A stretch of DNA of 62,278 bases, filler included, from Vannella sp. (lineage: Eukaryota): NCBI GenBank assembly GCA_023345925.1. It is 9 parts of 9 records of this genome, joined end to end, with 100 filler letters (N's around TTAATTAATTAA, not from the genome) between each part and the next. Parts side by side here need not be neighbours in the genome. Positions count along the whole stretch, not along the records: positions 41,795 to 48,543 come from JAJQQN010000653.1; positions 48,644 to 53,554 come from JAJQQN010000177.1; positions 53,655 to 60,502 come from JAJQQN010000988.1; 6 more parts are not named here. The stretch is one strand, 5' to 3'. A program made the position numbers and the translations under genes. Within the stretch, counting starts at the first letter, position 1. Every line of letters begins with the position of its first letter. Below are positions 44,724-56,132 of the stretch, piece after piece. The notes beneath the pieces are model-generated. The model saw only the letters and a program-made list of their open reading frames with translations, was not told the DNA's origin and searched no databases.

Positions 44724-47204
44724 ATGGGGACAAGAGCACTTCCCTTGGGCTTGCTGCTGGGCATCTGTTTGTGGGTGTCCTTTGCCTTGGGAGGTGAGTG
44801 CTTGTGATAGCTTTCGAGTTGGTTGTCTGGAAACTGAGTGGAGAGCAGATCCAGTTGTGGTGTACGATCGCTGTGTCCAAGGAACGCTGAAGCAGTACTG
44901 TGCTCACATCGAGGCTGATCCAGACAACTGCTTATTGTTGGTATGAACCTTCCTTTCCTTCTTTCCTCGCTCTAATAGCCTCCAAAGAACGGGAACTTCA
45001 CGATAGATGGAAATGCGCTTGTGCAGGCTCAGACTGACATCTCCCCGATCATTGGAGGAGGTGGCTCGGCTGTTATCAGCTGCCAAGCTTCTGGATCAAC
45101 TTGCCAAGCTTGTTGGGAGGTCAACCAGGCCTACTTTAACGAGGACGAGAGTCTTATCACCTGCTACCATCTCGTTGTCACCTGCCGCGGTGTTTTCACC
45201 GTCCGGGAAACCATTGACGCTGGATGTGGCACTGGCGTTGGTTGCACAAGTGTTGATTTGGAGGACAGATGCGAGGACGACTGCAATGGCAACGGGGACT
45301 GCGTCAATGGCTACTGCGTGTGCCTTGACGGCTTCTTTGGGGCGAGCTGCAGTGCATGTAAGTCTATATGTGTGCTCCTTTGAGACTTTCTTCCACTCAT
45401 TCATCAAAAGCGATTGATATGGACTCTGGATGCTTCTATGATGAGTCACAGAACATCAACTTCTGTATTTCTGCTAGCCAAGACGACTGCAACGTTGTGG
45501 TGAGTTTTACTATACGTTCTTGACTTCCTGAGTTAACCAAAAGGGCAATTGAAGACTCTGACTGTCGAAAACGAGGACGAGGAAGAGGATTCGACTTGGG
45601 ACATCATGTTGGACAGTGTCTTGACTGTCTCGCGTGAGAAGGAGCATCAAGTAACACTCTCTAATAGCTGTGTTCTCTCGTTTGAGTTGTATGATGTCTC
45701 TCGGATGGAGGAGGGCTTCGGTAGTTGTGTCAGTGTCACGGCTGACTGCGTGGTTCCCTCGTCATTCCCGCTCTATTGCTTCTTCTTGAACACCCCTTCG
45801 ACTTGCACTCAACCGGATAGACCTTGCTTCTACAGTACTAACGACGCGAGTGTTATTTCTCGATCCGGAGAGTCAATTACAATGATGTCAGCGGAATGGA
45901 TCTTCATGACTTTGCGCAAGGATCTGCGCCAGCCTCTTGCTGATGTGATTCTGTCTTTCAACATGTCTGCAGGATCCCTTGACCTCTACGAGCGTGCAGA
46001 ATGTCGACCCACTCTTCGTGTCCACGATGCTACCAAAGGAATTATCACTCCCTCGCACCCCAGCCCAGATCTGATTGAGTGGCGCCCTATTGACGACTGT
46101 AATGCAGCTGTTCAGACGAATATGCAACGCACCAACCTTATCTTCTTCGGAATCTACTGCGAAACCTCAGTTGGTCAAACGTGCCAGTTTTCTTTTAACT
46201 TTGCTGCCCACACGGTCGAGATTCTTGAAGTGAATGAGGTGTTGAACCGTCCATTGTGGGAGCGTCCAGGCTACCAATACTTCCAAATGTTCCCTACTTT
46301 TGACCCTTTTAGGATTGTGTTGCAATTGAGTTATCCTGATAGATTCGAGGTGGCTGCCGCTATCCTCGTCCAGAAGGGTACCTGTGCTACCAAGTACTCC
46401 CATTTTGCTTTCCAATCTGCCAATAGCAGCTCTGTTGTCTTGCGAGGGCAGCGGATCGACACTTACGAGTTGGAAGTTGATCCTCGTGCCTACAATCTCT
46501 CTGGAATGGGGCTTGAGATTACTGCTTACACTACAGCAGGCTGTGAAGGACAACTCCAATGTGGATTCTGGACCATTGCTGCCTATTACTCTGAAGAAGC
46601 AACCGGCGCTAGCTTGCCTTCTCAAAGCGCCGCTGAATCAAGTGCCGATTCCGGCACCGGATTGCCTCATCCAAGCTCCCATCCGCATGTGAGCTCTAGC
46701 ACTGTGGTAGAGCCCGCTACAGAATCGGATAAGAGCTCTGCCCAACCAGAGTCCTCTGTAGACCAGCCAAGCACTGAACTGCCCCAATCTACCAAAGATC
46801 CAATTTCATCTCCTAACTTGTCCGACAGCCTGGAACCGATTCCAGAATCCTCTGAAGAGGTGTCAGACAGCCTGGAACCGATTCCAGAATCTACAGGAGA
46901 TGTGTCAGACAGCAAAGTAGATTCGGTGACTCAGAACAAACCAAAGTCGAGTGATGAGACCTCTGCCGCAGGCGGTGAGACATTTCGAGTCCACACTTGA
47001 AAAGCTTACTAACTTCGTTTAGGAATGGATGACGAATTGCTCATTGGGCTCAGTATCGGAGGGGGTATCGCTTTCGTGGTTTTCCTTGTGATCCTGGTCT
47101 TTGGTATCGGTTTCGTTGTACATCGCAGAAGAATGCGCTCTCGATTCGAAATTGGCTTTGACCAAAACGGCCTTCTGATGGATGATGATAACTTTGAGCT
47201 CTAA
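44724..47204 (+). CDS. Type I membrane protein with a Cys-rich/EGF-like ectodomain and Ser/Glu/Pro stalk
   Basis: Signal peptide MGTRALPLGLLLG; CEDDCNGNGDCVNGYCVCLDGFFGASC; TM LSIGGGIAFVVFLVILVFGIGFVV-HRRR; several introns. Confidence 0.8.
46819..46912 (+). repeat. Coding 42-bp tandem repeat (SDSLEPIPES)
   Basis: GACAGCCTGGAACCGATTCCAGAATC x2 plus a partial third unit. Confidence 0.85.
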
Positions 47205-47546
47205 ACCACTTTCTCCTGCTTGAGACTTCGCTCAGAAGAGGGCCAACGATAGAGAACACCTCAAAACCACCAGGGAAAGTCAGAGAGAGCTCCAACAGAG
47301 GCGACCATCCAGATCGGGTGGAACGATGAGCCGTAAGTTCATTTGTAGAACAGATTCTCAAGAATGTGGGCATACCCTGAAAGGAAAGGTACGCCCACTC
47401 TTCTTTCGATAATTCGAGAAAACCAAGAATATTTGGAGCAATCGATCGTGAATCGGAGACCAAATCGGGGTTCTTCCCCAAATCAAAACATGGATCGGCC
47501 TGCTGGCAGATCTGGGCTCAAGAGAGGGGCATTGTTTAGTTGACGA

Positions 47547-48065
47547 ATGGACTCGGCCATCTTCCGTTTAGCAGCCTCTGAACGACACCAGAGAGGTGCT
47601 CTTGAGTTACACTTAGGCAATTTGGATTCCACGTCCAGCCTCAACTCTACACCGTTACACTACGCCGTTCTCGGTGGTAATGAGGAGACTGTTCGCTTTC
47701 TGGTGTCAAGAGGAGCTCAGGTGCAGGCCTCGAACGCATTTCAGGAAACACCCCTTCATTGGGCATGCAAAGAGGGCAACCTGAGCATCGTACGGTTCCT
47801 CCTCCAACAAAACGCAATTCCAGACTCTAAAGACTCAAAAGGAAACACTCCCATGCACTGGGCCGCCGAGTTTGACCAGGAAAAAGTCGTCCTCTTACTA
47901 TTTGAGTACGGAAGCCCCTCACTACGGCTGACAAAGAATGCAGATAGCCTCACACCACGCCAAGTGGCCAAACAAAACAAATCAAAGAACGCTTCAAAAG
48001 CCCTCCGAAGATCTCGGCTCCGAACCCCCAATTCTTCCTCTCATCCTCTCCTAGCTCGCAGATAA
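47547..48065 (+). CDS. Ankyrin-repeat protein
   Basis: TPLHYAV, ETPLHWAC, GNTPMHWAA, LTPRQVA. Confidence 0.88.
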   Translation: MDSAIFRLAASERHQRGALELHLGNLDSTSSLNSTPLHYAVLGGNEETVRFLVSRGAQVQASNAFQETPLHWACKEGNLSIVRFLLQQNAIPDSKDSKGNTPMHWAAEFDQEKVVLLLFEYGSPSLRLTKNADSLTPRQVAKQNKSKNASKALRRSRLRTPNSSSHPLLARR

Positions 48066-48233
48066 ACAAAGTTGGCTTCTCCGTAGTTAGCTTCCGGAGT
48101 CGGGAGACTCTGATCTTTGGCTTGAGTGATTCTCTTTCAATCTCGTTGATCACCGTGGGCTAGTTTTATTTCTGCACTCGGTGGGGACAGAACCAGGGGA
48201 ATGGGCACCCTTTTTTGGACTCAAATCAACCAA

Positions 48234-48543
48234 TCACATGCGATGAATGTTTGCCATATTCTGGAAGACTTGTGCAACGTCTTTGCTGTCCTCGCCAAAC
48301 ACTCTCGTTTTGATGGCGAACGCCTTCTCATTCAGTCGCAGTGCCTCCTGGAATGATCCTTGCTGTTGATGAATGAGCGCCATATTCTGGAAGACTGCTG
48401 CAACTTGTTTGCTGTCCTCGCCAAACACTCTCGTGAAGATGGCGCACGCCTTCTCAAGAAGTCGCAGTGCCTCCTGGAATGATCCTTGCTCTCGATGAAT
48501 GTTTGCCATATTCTGGAAGACTGCTGCAACGTCTTTGCTGTCC
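48234..48543 (-). CDS. 3' end of a TPR protein (kinesin-light-chain/NPHP3-type 42-aa repeats), cut by the contig edge
   Basis: Near-identical 126-bp units with GATGAATG at 48242, 48368 and 48494; QGSFQEALRLxEKAxAIxTRVFGEDSKxVAxVFQNMA. Confidence 0.85.
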
Positions 48544-48643
48544 NNNNNNNNNNNNNNNNNNNNNNNNNNNNNNNNNNNNNNNNNNNNTTAATTAATTAAN
48601 NNNNNNNNNNNNNNNNNNNNNNNNNNNNNNNNNNNNNNNNNNN

Positions 48644-49084
<441 letters not shown>

Positions 49085-49248
49085 GATGAATAAACTTGCT
49101 TGAAGCACTCGCTGTCCACTTGTCAATGCCTGGAGATGCTGGCAGACCTCGTCAGCGAAGGGGAATGAAGTTGAACTGTTCCCCACCTCTGTGAAGAGTG
49201 GTTGCTGTTCCCAAGGCTAAGAAGGGTGAAAACATGTTGATACTTGCT

Positions 49249-50023
49249 TTAGTTCTTCCCTTTCTTCTTGGAGGCAGAGGTAAACGAGGAGGGCAGGCCC
49301 ATCATCGCAGCCATGTCTGGAGGAATACCTTCAAACTCAGCTGCCTCCTCGGCCTCCTTGGCGCTCTTCGCTTCCTTCTTCTGCTTCTTTTGTGCTCTCT
49401 TCTCTTCCTCTTCCTGCTCGAGCTGTTGCTTGATCTTTGCGGCATTCAACTCAAAGTCTTCGCGAGAAGTGAGACGAGGACCTTACCCACGGCTCCTACT
49501 CACCATAGCTCGTTCGATCACGCTTGCGTGTCAATACACTTTTAACCTCTTCCTTAGTAGAGTGCTTTCGCACCCTCGAGATGCCAGCACGATCCAGATC
49601 TTCCCCTAGTGTGAGAGTTCTTGTCTTCTTCTCGTGAAAGACCCACGCTGAGGTTTCATCAAGTGGTCTAAGTAGTCGGCACTGTCTTTGCTGCAGTAGT
49701 TACATGCCTCACAGAAGAAGCCCACCTTCCTCATGTCTCCATCTGTGACGGAGGCGCCTAAGCGCCCTGCAAAGTCGATGGGCTTCTTCCGATCGGATAC
49801 GTGTGCTTTCTGTTTGACTTCTTTAACCTCTTCCGCATCCTCCTCTTCTTCTTCTCGTGCTGCTGCTGCAGCTCGACCCCGTGAAGAGAAGAAGCTCTTA
49901 TCCCACACTCTCCGCCCTTGGGCGTTGAGGTACACTCCCTGTTCTCATCAGAGAGTTCTCAAGCAAGGTGTATCTACTCACGTCACGCTCCTTGGTCAGG
50001 CCTTCATCCTTGTCCGCGGACAT
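49249..50023 (-). CDS. ZMAT2: Spliceosomal zinc-finger protein SNU23/ZMAT2; several introns
   Basis: RRVWDK, GFFCEACNYCSKDSADYLDHL, MAAMMGLPSSF. Confidence 0.85.
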
Positions 50024-50254
50024 GAGAACCGGAAAATAACGGACCAGTCGCACCAATGACCGATTTCCCTTCATCCTGATCCCACAGAACGCTCCTCCAT
50101 CTCTGGATGAGAGTGAAGTGTACCACCATGATCAAAGTGGTCCCATCGTGCCTTCGCAGTGAGGATGGGAGGGCGATCACGAAGGTGGACGTTTATCCGT
50201 CTACAAGATCATCTGTTGAGCTGAGATTGACGCGTACCCTTTCAATAAACACCT

Positions 50255-50446
50255 TTACAGGGGAGTTGCGGGCTGCTGGGTCAGGAGAAGACCGAATCGC
50301 TTCTTAAGGCGAATGCGCTGGCTGGAGTACTTGTCATCAGGAGAGAAGCGCGCAGGGTGCGCAGAGTGGGTAGGAACACCCTCAGGCGAGAACTTCTTCA
50401 GAGTGTACACGCGCTTACCACTCTCAACATAATACATCAGATGCAT
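50255..50446 (-). CDS. NOP10: H/ACA snoRNP protein NOP10
   Basis: [42 protein letters not shown]. Confidence 0.97.
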   Translation of the reverse strand: MHLMYYVESGKRVYTLKKFSPEGVPTHSAHPARFSPDDKYSSQRIRLKKRFGLLLTQQPATPL

Positions 50447-50773
50447 GGCGGCGAGGGGGAGAGGAGAAAGACCAAAATTGTTCCCATTTGCCCCAAAGAT
50501 TAATTGTTAACAATTATTATCTACTGCGCAGTCCTTTTTCTTTTTCGGACATTATCCTTATGTTGTATTTGGTCTCCCCCTTTGGGGGCCACTGCTCCCT
50601 CTCATCCTCCGTTGAAGCCCCCTTGACCACACCAGCTTTCTCATACACATACCCTGAGATCGCTGATCTTCCCATCTTCGGGACGGGAAGTCAAAGACGT
50701 TGGCGTGAAGGCTGGTCTCTAAAGCGTACTTGAGAAAGTACCCGAACTGGCGAATGGTCTCTCCTTCGTGAGC

Positions 50774-50824
50774 TTCTCCTCGTATCTGGTTTCTCCTCGT
50801 ATCTGGTTTCTCCTCGTATCTGGT
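50774..50824 (+). repeat. 17-bp x3 perfect tandem repeat
   Basis: TTCTCCTCGTATCTGGT x3. Confidence 0.92.
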
Positions 50825-51189
50825 TTGTGAGGGAGGTAAGGGGCCGCGGAATGCTTCCTGAGCTTGTTCTGGAGGGGAGATTTCAACGGGGTGTTCGTTA
50901 CTGAGGTAGAGAGCTCCAGAGTGCCACTCATCTCATAGTCTGCATCTTCTTCGATTCATATCGGACTTTCTGAGCTCAAAGAACGTCCCCACCAACCCAA
51001 GCAGCACGTCAGAAAGAGGAAGGAGAGTCCCAATCTGCCTCTTTCAGCTTGGAAGATTGTTCGGTCTTCGCACTGATGGCCATGGGCTTCACCAAAGACC
51101 ATCCAGCTGTACTGAAAGGATTGGTTGACTTCTGTACCCACAAGGTCCCTGTCATTGAAACAAACAAAAAGGTAAAGCCTTAGGGCTCT

Positions 51190-52839
51190 TTAGCGTAAGT
51201 TACTCTGAGTCAGTTGGGCGAGTGTCGTTTGGAGGTCCTGGATTGGGACCGGGGATTCTCGGCGGTCGTCGAGCCATTTGAAAGTGACAAAGCTCCCTTT
51301 CATCTCTTCAGATCCAATGACAATGGCTGCAATTGCTTTTTGCTTGTTGGCACGAGCGAGTTGCTTTGAAGGAGGCCCCTCTCCTGCCAGATAGAGTGAA
51401 AGACCAGTCATGGAAGAGAGCTGTTTCGCCAGTTTGAGGGCGAAAAGCTCAAGCTGCCAATCAGCCTGATTATCACCTTCGCGCGCCAGGATAATGCTGA
51501 CAGGGCGAGGTGGAAGAGGGACTTGGCAGGGATCCACCAACAAGCATAAGCGCTCCACTCCGGCAGCCCATCTGGCATCCCACTGTCAGAGAGATCCACC
51601 TCTTTAAGTATTTGAGCATACCCAATAGCCGGGAAATAAGAAGGTCCGCCTAGTTGGGAAGAAAGAGAGTCGTAGCGCCCTCCAGCAAGAATGGCAGTTT
51701 GAGATTGACCAAGTTTCTCTGAATGCGTATGAGGTTGTAGGAACTCAAATACGAGTCCGTTGTAGTAGTCAAGACCGCGCATGAGTTTGTTGTCTAACTC
51801 ATAGGGAATCTCTAAAGTCTTCAGACCTTCCTCAATGCAGTTCAAGTGGTGTCTGCTCTCCTCTCCCAAATGGTCTTGAATACTTGGTGCGCCGTCAATA
51901 GCTTGCCTGAAGGAGAGGCCGTTAGGACTTTGGATAAGAGCACAACGTGTATCAGGTTCTCACCTGTCCCCGATATCTTTGCTATCCAAGATACGAAGGA
52001 TGTTTCCTGTACTCAGGCGCTCGCGACTGCGCTGACTTAAAGCGGAATCATCGCGTTCAAGATAGTCTCTGAGGGACTTGCGGTACTCCTGGCGTTCATG
52101 GATGGTCCCAATACTGTTGATTTTGAGGCTGAACGGAATTTTGAGGGAGAGAAGGAAGCTGTGAGCTAAAGAGATAACTTGTATATCTGCTGACGGTCCA
52201 GAAGCGCCTTCTCCCACCCATTCTACACCCAATTGAGTGAATTGGCGGTATCTCCCTTTCTGTGGGCGCTCGTGGCGGAACATAGGACCGGCATAGAACA
52301 CTCTCTGGGGCAGTTGTGACTCATTCTCCTGTTCAAACTTCATGGGGCTGGGCGAGATGAGGCTTCGCAAGATGCCGGCAGTCCCTTCGGGTCGCAAACA
52401 AAGGGTATTCTAGCAGATAGGGGTCATTTGGAGGCTCCTTATAATCAAATAGGTGTACCTTTGATTGCTCCCAAGAGAAGAGCTCTTTAGAGACAACATC
52501 GGTGTCATTTCCGATCGCTCGAACGAACAAACTCTGATCCTCGACGAGTGGGGTGGAGATTGGACGGTATCCAAACTTTCTAGCGACTTCTTCTCCCTTA
52601 TCAATCACAAAGCGCTTGCAGGCATGCCCATCAGACCACCAGGAAGAAACAAAAGCGCTTTCACCCACCTGAAGTGCAAACTCCTGAGGAAGGAGATCGT
52701 GCATGCCCCTGACAGCTACTATCCTCTTCATCTTCTTCTCATCCTGCCCAAGCACGACTGGGTCCACTGGCGGAGTGCCTGGCAACGAACCACAACACCT
52801 CACACTCCATCTTGGTATCTTCCAACCGGCCTGCCGCAT
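51190..52839 (-). CDS. hisS: Histidyl-tRNA synthetase, bacterial/mitochondrial type; several introns
   Basis: VRGMHD, TDVVSKELF, LRPEGTA, GPMFRHERPQKGRYRQF, RGLDYY, AGGRYD; Arg-rich N-terminus. Confidence 0.93.
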
Positions 52840-54152
52840 TATAAAATGAAGAGATTTCGAAGTAATTACTGGAAATTTGGCTGAATGTGAAGAGAATGGA
52901 GGGCTGAGGATAATGATAATCACATCTTTAAGCCCCAGTGCGACCTGAAGAAGAGAAAACTCCGCGCAGAGTTCACCACATCTCCACCAGTGTCCTTAAG
53001 CGCATCGCCTTTGTCGGCTTGGACGAGATGAAACGGATTGGGGCCATGTTGGATCCTCAGAAAGCTGCATGGTTGGCTATTAGTGCATTTAGTGCTGGGG
53101 AACTCCCACAGGTCTTCTTCGGAGCTTGTGAGATCCATCCTCAGTTCCCCTGATGTTGTTGCGGATGTTCGCCTCGGTTGTGCCACTGTATCCTTCCACC
53201 CGCTTCCTGTAAGCCTAGATATTCACGAGGAGGACTATCAAGTCGTCAACTTCATTGCATTGGCGATTCAAGGTATCGCCGCGAAGTTTGAAGGTCTCCA
53301 GGAGATCCCGGCCAGTCCTGTCGCCTTTTTCAGGGCTACACCATCGATAACTTTGATGGATAGGATTCCGAACTGGGCTTCAACCAAGTTCTCCCTGATC
53401 CACTGTCCATAGGTAGAGAATGGCGCGAAAGTGGCAAGAGCTGCTGCTGAAGTTTATCGGATCGCGCAGGGCGGATTTAGATTCGTTTACACCTCACACA
53501 CAACCCCCCGTGCCCTCGACTTGCCCAATTTGGGAATTCCTGTTGATGCGATTGNNNNNNNNNNNNNNNNNNNNNNNNNNNNNNNNNNNNNNNNNNNNTT
53601 AATTAATTAANNNNNNNNNNNNNNNNNNNNNNNNNNNNNNNNNNNNNNNNNNNNAGTGTGCTCTGTCTCTGTCTGTGTCTCAATGATACAACAAGGATGA
53701 AGCGTGAGACCACAGGAGGCCCCTTCGTCATGGCAAGAAGCTTTCGAAGTCCTTTCGTTTGTGAATACGACTGCAAATCTGCGAGAAGATGGACTGGCTT
53801 GAGGAGAGTCTCTTCGAAGATAAACGACCATAAAGTAGTGATCCAACATCCCACCTTTCTTCCTCTTATCCCGCAGTTCTCCTCTCTGATTGGCTCTTTC
53901 TTCCTCGGTCATTCCTTTATGCCGTTTCCTCACTATCGATCATTCATTCACTAAATAGCTTCAAATTTGCAAATGTATGAAGAGAGAGTGAGAAATCCAA
54001 TTGGCTGGACCTCGAGAAAAGTGCTCCAAAATTGATGTTGAGTGGGTGGAATGGGCATTTTATACGTTTTGAGGGTTTCGACTTTCTCATTGTGAGAGGG
54101 AATGGGAGAGAGAGCGCCGAAGTCGAACATCCTTCGGTCCATCTTCCCAGAG

Positions 54153-56052
54153 ATGACGATTGCTGTAAGCAAGCAGATACGTGAGCGGGTCAACAGAGAG
54201 TGACAGGGAGGGGGAATAGGAGATAGAGGAGATCCTGGCCTTGTGTAAGGGCCATCTCAAGCAGAGCTGCGATGAGATCACGCGGCGCCTCGCCTCTCCC
54301 TCTCGTAGTACCTATCGAGGCTCTATAGTTCAACTCTATCGTGAATACGAAGGTGACTGCCACTACTGCAAGTCGCCCGGAGCAAAGACAGTCGCGTACG
54401 GCATGAACGCTGAACAGCTCACAGTCAGCGACTTTCAGTTCCTTTTTGACCGTGGATGGGCTCGCTGTGGCAAGTGGCTCTACCTCCCTGCCAACTACAA
54501 GCTCTGCTGTCCCACCTACACCGTAAGCTCGACCCCCCAAGCTTCTTCTTGGAGAGGACACTCACTGGGAGGTCGGGGAGCGCAGATTCGCTTAGATGTT
54601 CAAAGCTTTGAGCCTAATCGTTCACAAAGGCGGTGTCTTCGACGTCTGCAACGCTACCTGGAGACGGGTTCTTGCAATGGAGGAGGAACCAAGGCTCCAG
54701 AGCGAGGTAGAACCAAAGGCCATCCTCCTCCTGCTAGTAGAATGGAGGATATGGACCATATCACACAGTGTATTGTAGATATTCTCGTGCAGATGTCCCC
54801 TGTGGAAGGGGGCTCGGCGGTGCTTCCCCAGGTGGAAGTTGGACTTTGCAGGAGACAGAAGGAGTTCAAGAGAGAGCTTTCGACCAATGTGTGCCTTAAG
54901 TGGCGACCATTGTTGAACGCTTCCCCTTTGTACTTGGCTGAGGAGGTCGCTAGGCGACTGCCAAAGTCATGGGAAGCGGTTGCCTCCCCTCCTGGCTTCG
55001 TTAACTTCAATCGCCCTCAAGGGATGGGCAAAACAGAACAAGTATCGAGCCATGGAACGAGTGTTCATCACCAGAGTTCGATCAACAATGGAAAGCGTGA
55101 CCGTTCCCACACTAATGGCGATGAATCAGCTCCCAAACCGGCTCACTCTCTCCAGGTGACACTGGAGGACCCTCTTATCACTCAAGAGAAGTTTGATTTA
55201 TATAAGAAATACCAAGTGGCTGTTCATAAGACTCCAGAGAACTCCAATGAGCTACAAGAAGATGGCTTTCAGGACTTTCTGTGCCGCACTCCATTGCTTG
55301 TAGGTTTCCACCTGAACCCCATTGACACCAAGTCTTATTGGTTCTTTTAGAGGGAGTTGTCAAGCGGACCACAGGACCCTTCATGTGGATACGGTTCCTT
55401 TCACCAAATGTACAGAATTGATGGCAAACTGGTCGCAATGGGAGTCCTGGATATCTTACCACTCTGCGTATCGTCCACTTATTTTCTATATGACCCTGAA
55501 TATGCCTTCCTATCATTGGGCGTGATCTCTGCCTTGCAGGACATCCAATGGGTTCAAGAACACATTGCAGCTTCTCCTGAGACCAAACTTAGATATTACT
55601 ACCTTGGCTACTACGTTCATTCCTGCCCCAAGGTTCGATACAAGGTAAGTCTCCTCTCAGAAAATGCGGTTCCTGACAAATGCGTTGTGAAAAGGCCACT
55701 TTCCGACCTTCTTATGTTCTCTGTCCGATAACCTTGACTTGGGTACCTCTGGAAGTAGCCAAGCAAATATTAGAAACCGAGAAATTCTCTCGATTTGCTG
55801 GGAGCCATTTGCCAAGGCAGCCTCCCAGTTATCACCCAGCTCAACTCGTCCAATGGGCGCGAAGTTATTCGCTCATCATTAATGGGACTCCGTGCTTGCT
55901 TGTTGTAAGGTCCCCACCTGAACCTGAGAGTTACTTACATCGCATAGAATCTTACCGAAGACCTCCAGAAGCGAATCGGAACCATTTTGCAGGAGTTTGT
56001 TGGTGTCGCTGGCGACGAAGTTGCCGTGAAACTCTCTTACCTCTTTCCTTAG
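54153..56052 (+). CDS. ATE1: Arginyl-tRNA--protein transferase; several introns
   Basis: CHYCKS, FQFLFDRGWARCG..Y..CCP, FDLYKKYQVAVH, YGSFHQMYRIDGKLVAMGVLDILP, YYYLGYYVHSCPKVRYK. Confidence 0.93.
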
Positions 56053-56132
56053 TATGGAAAGTGTGTTTGCTCGAGAGTGTCAATAAGATTGGATTTCCTG
56101 CTCCTTTGCTCTGAAAGGAAACGATGCTTTAT

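Noticed and set aside
52900..53954. Hypothetical ORFs at 52938-53412 and 53658-53954
   Set aside because: No clear start or motif; left uncalled
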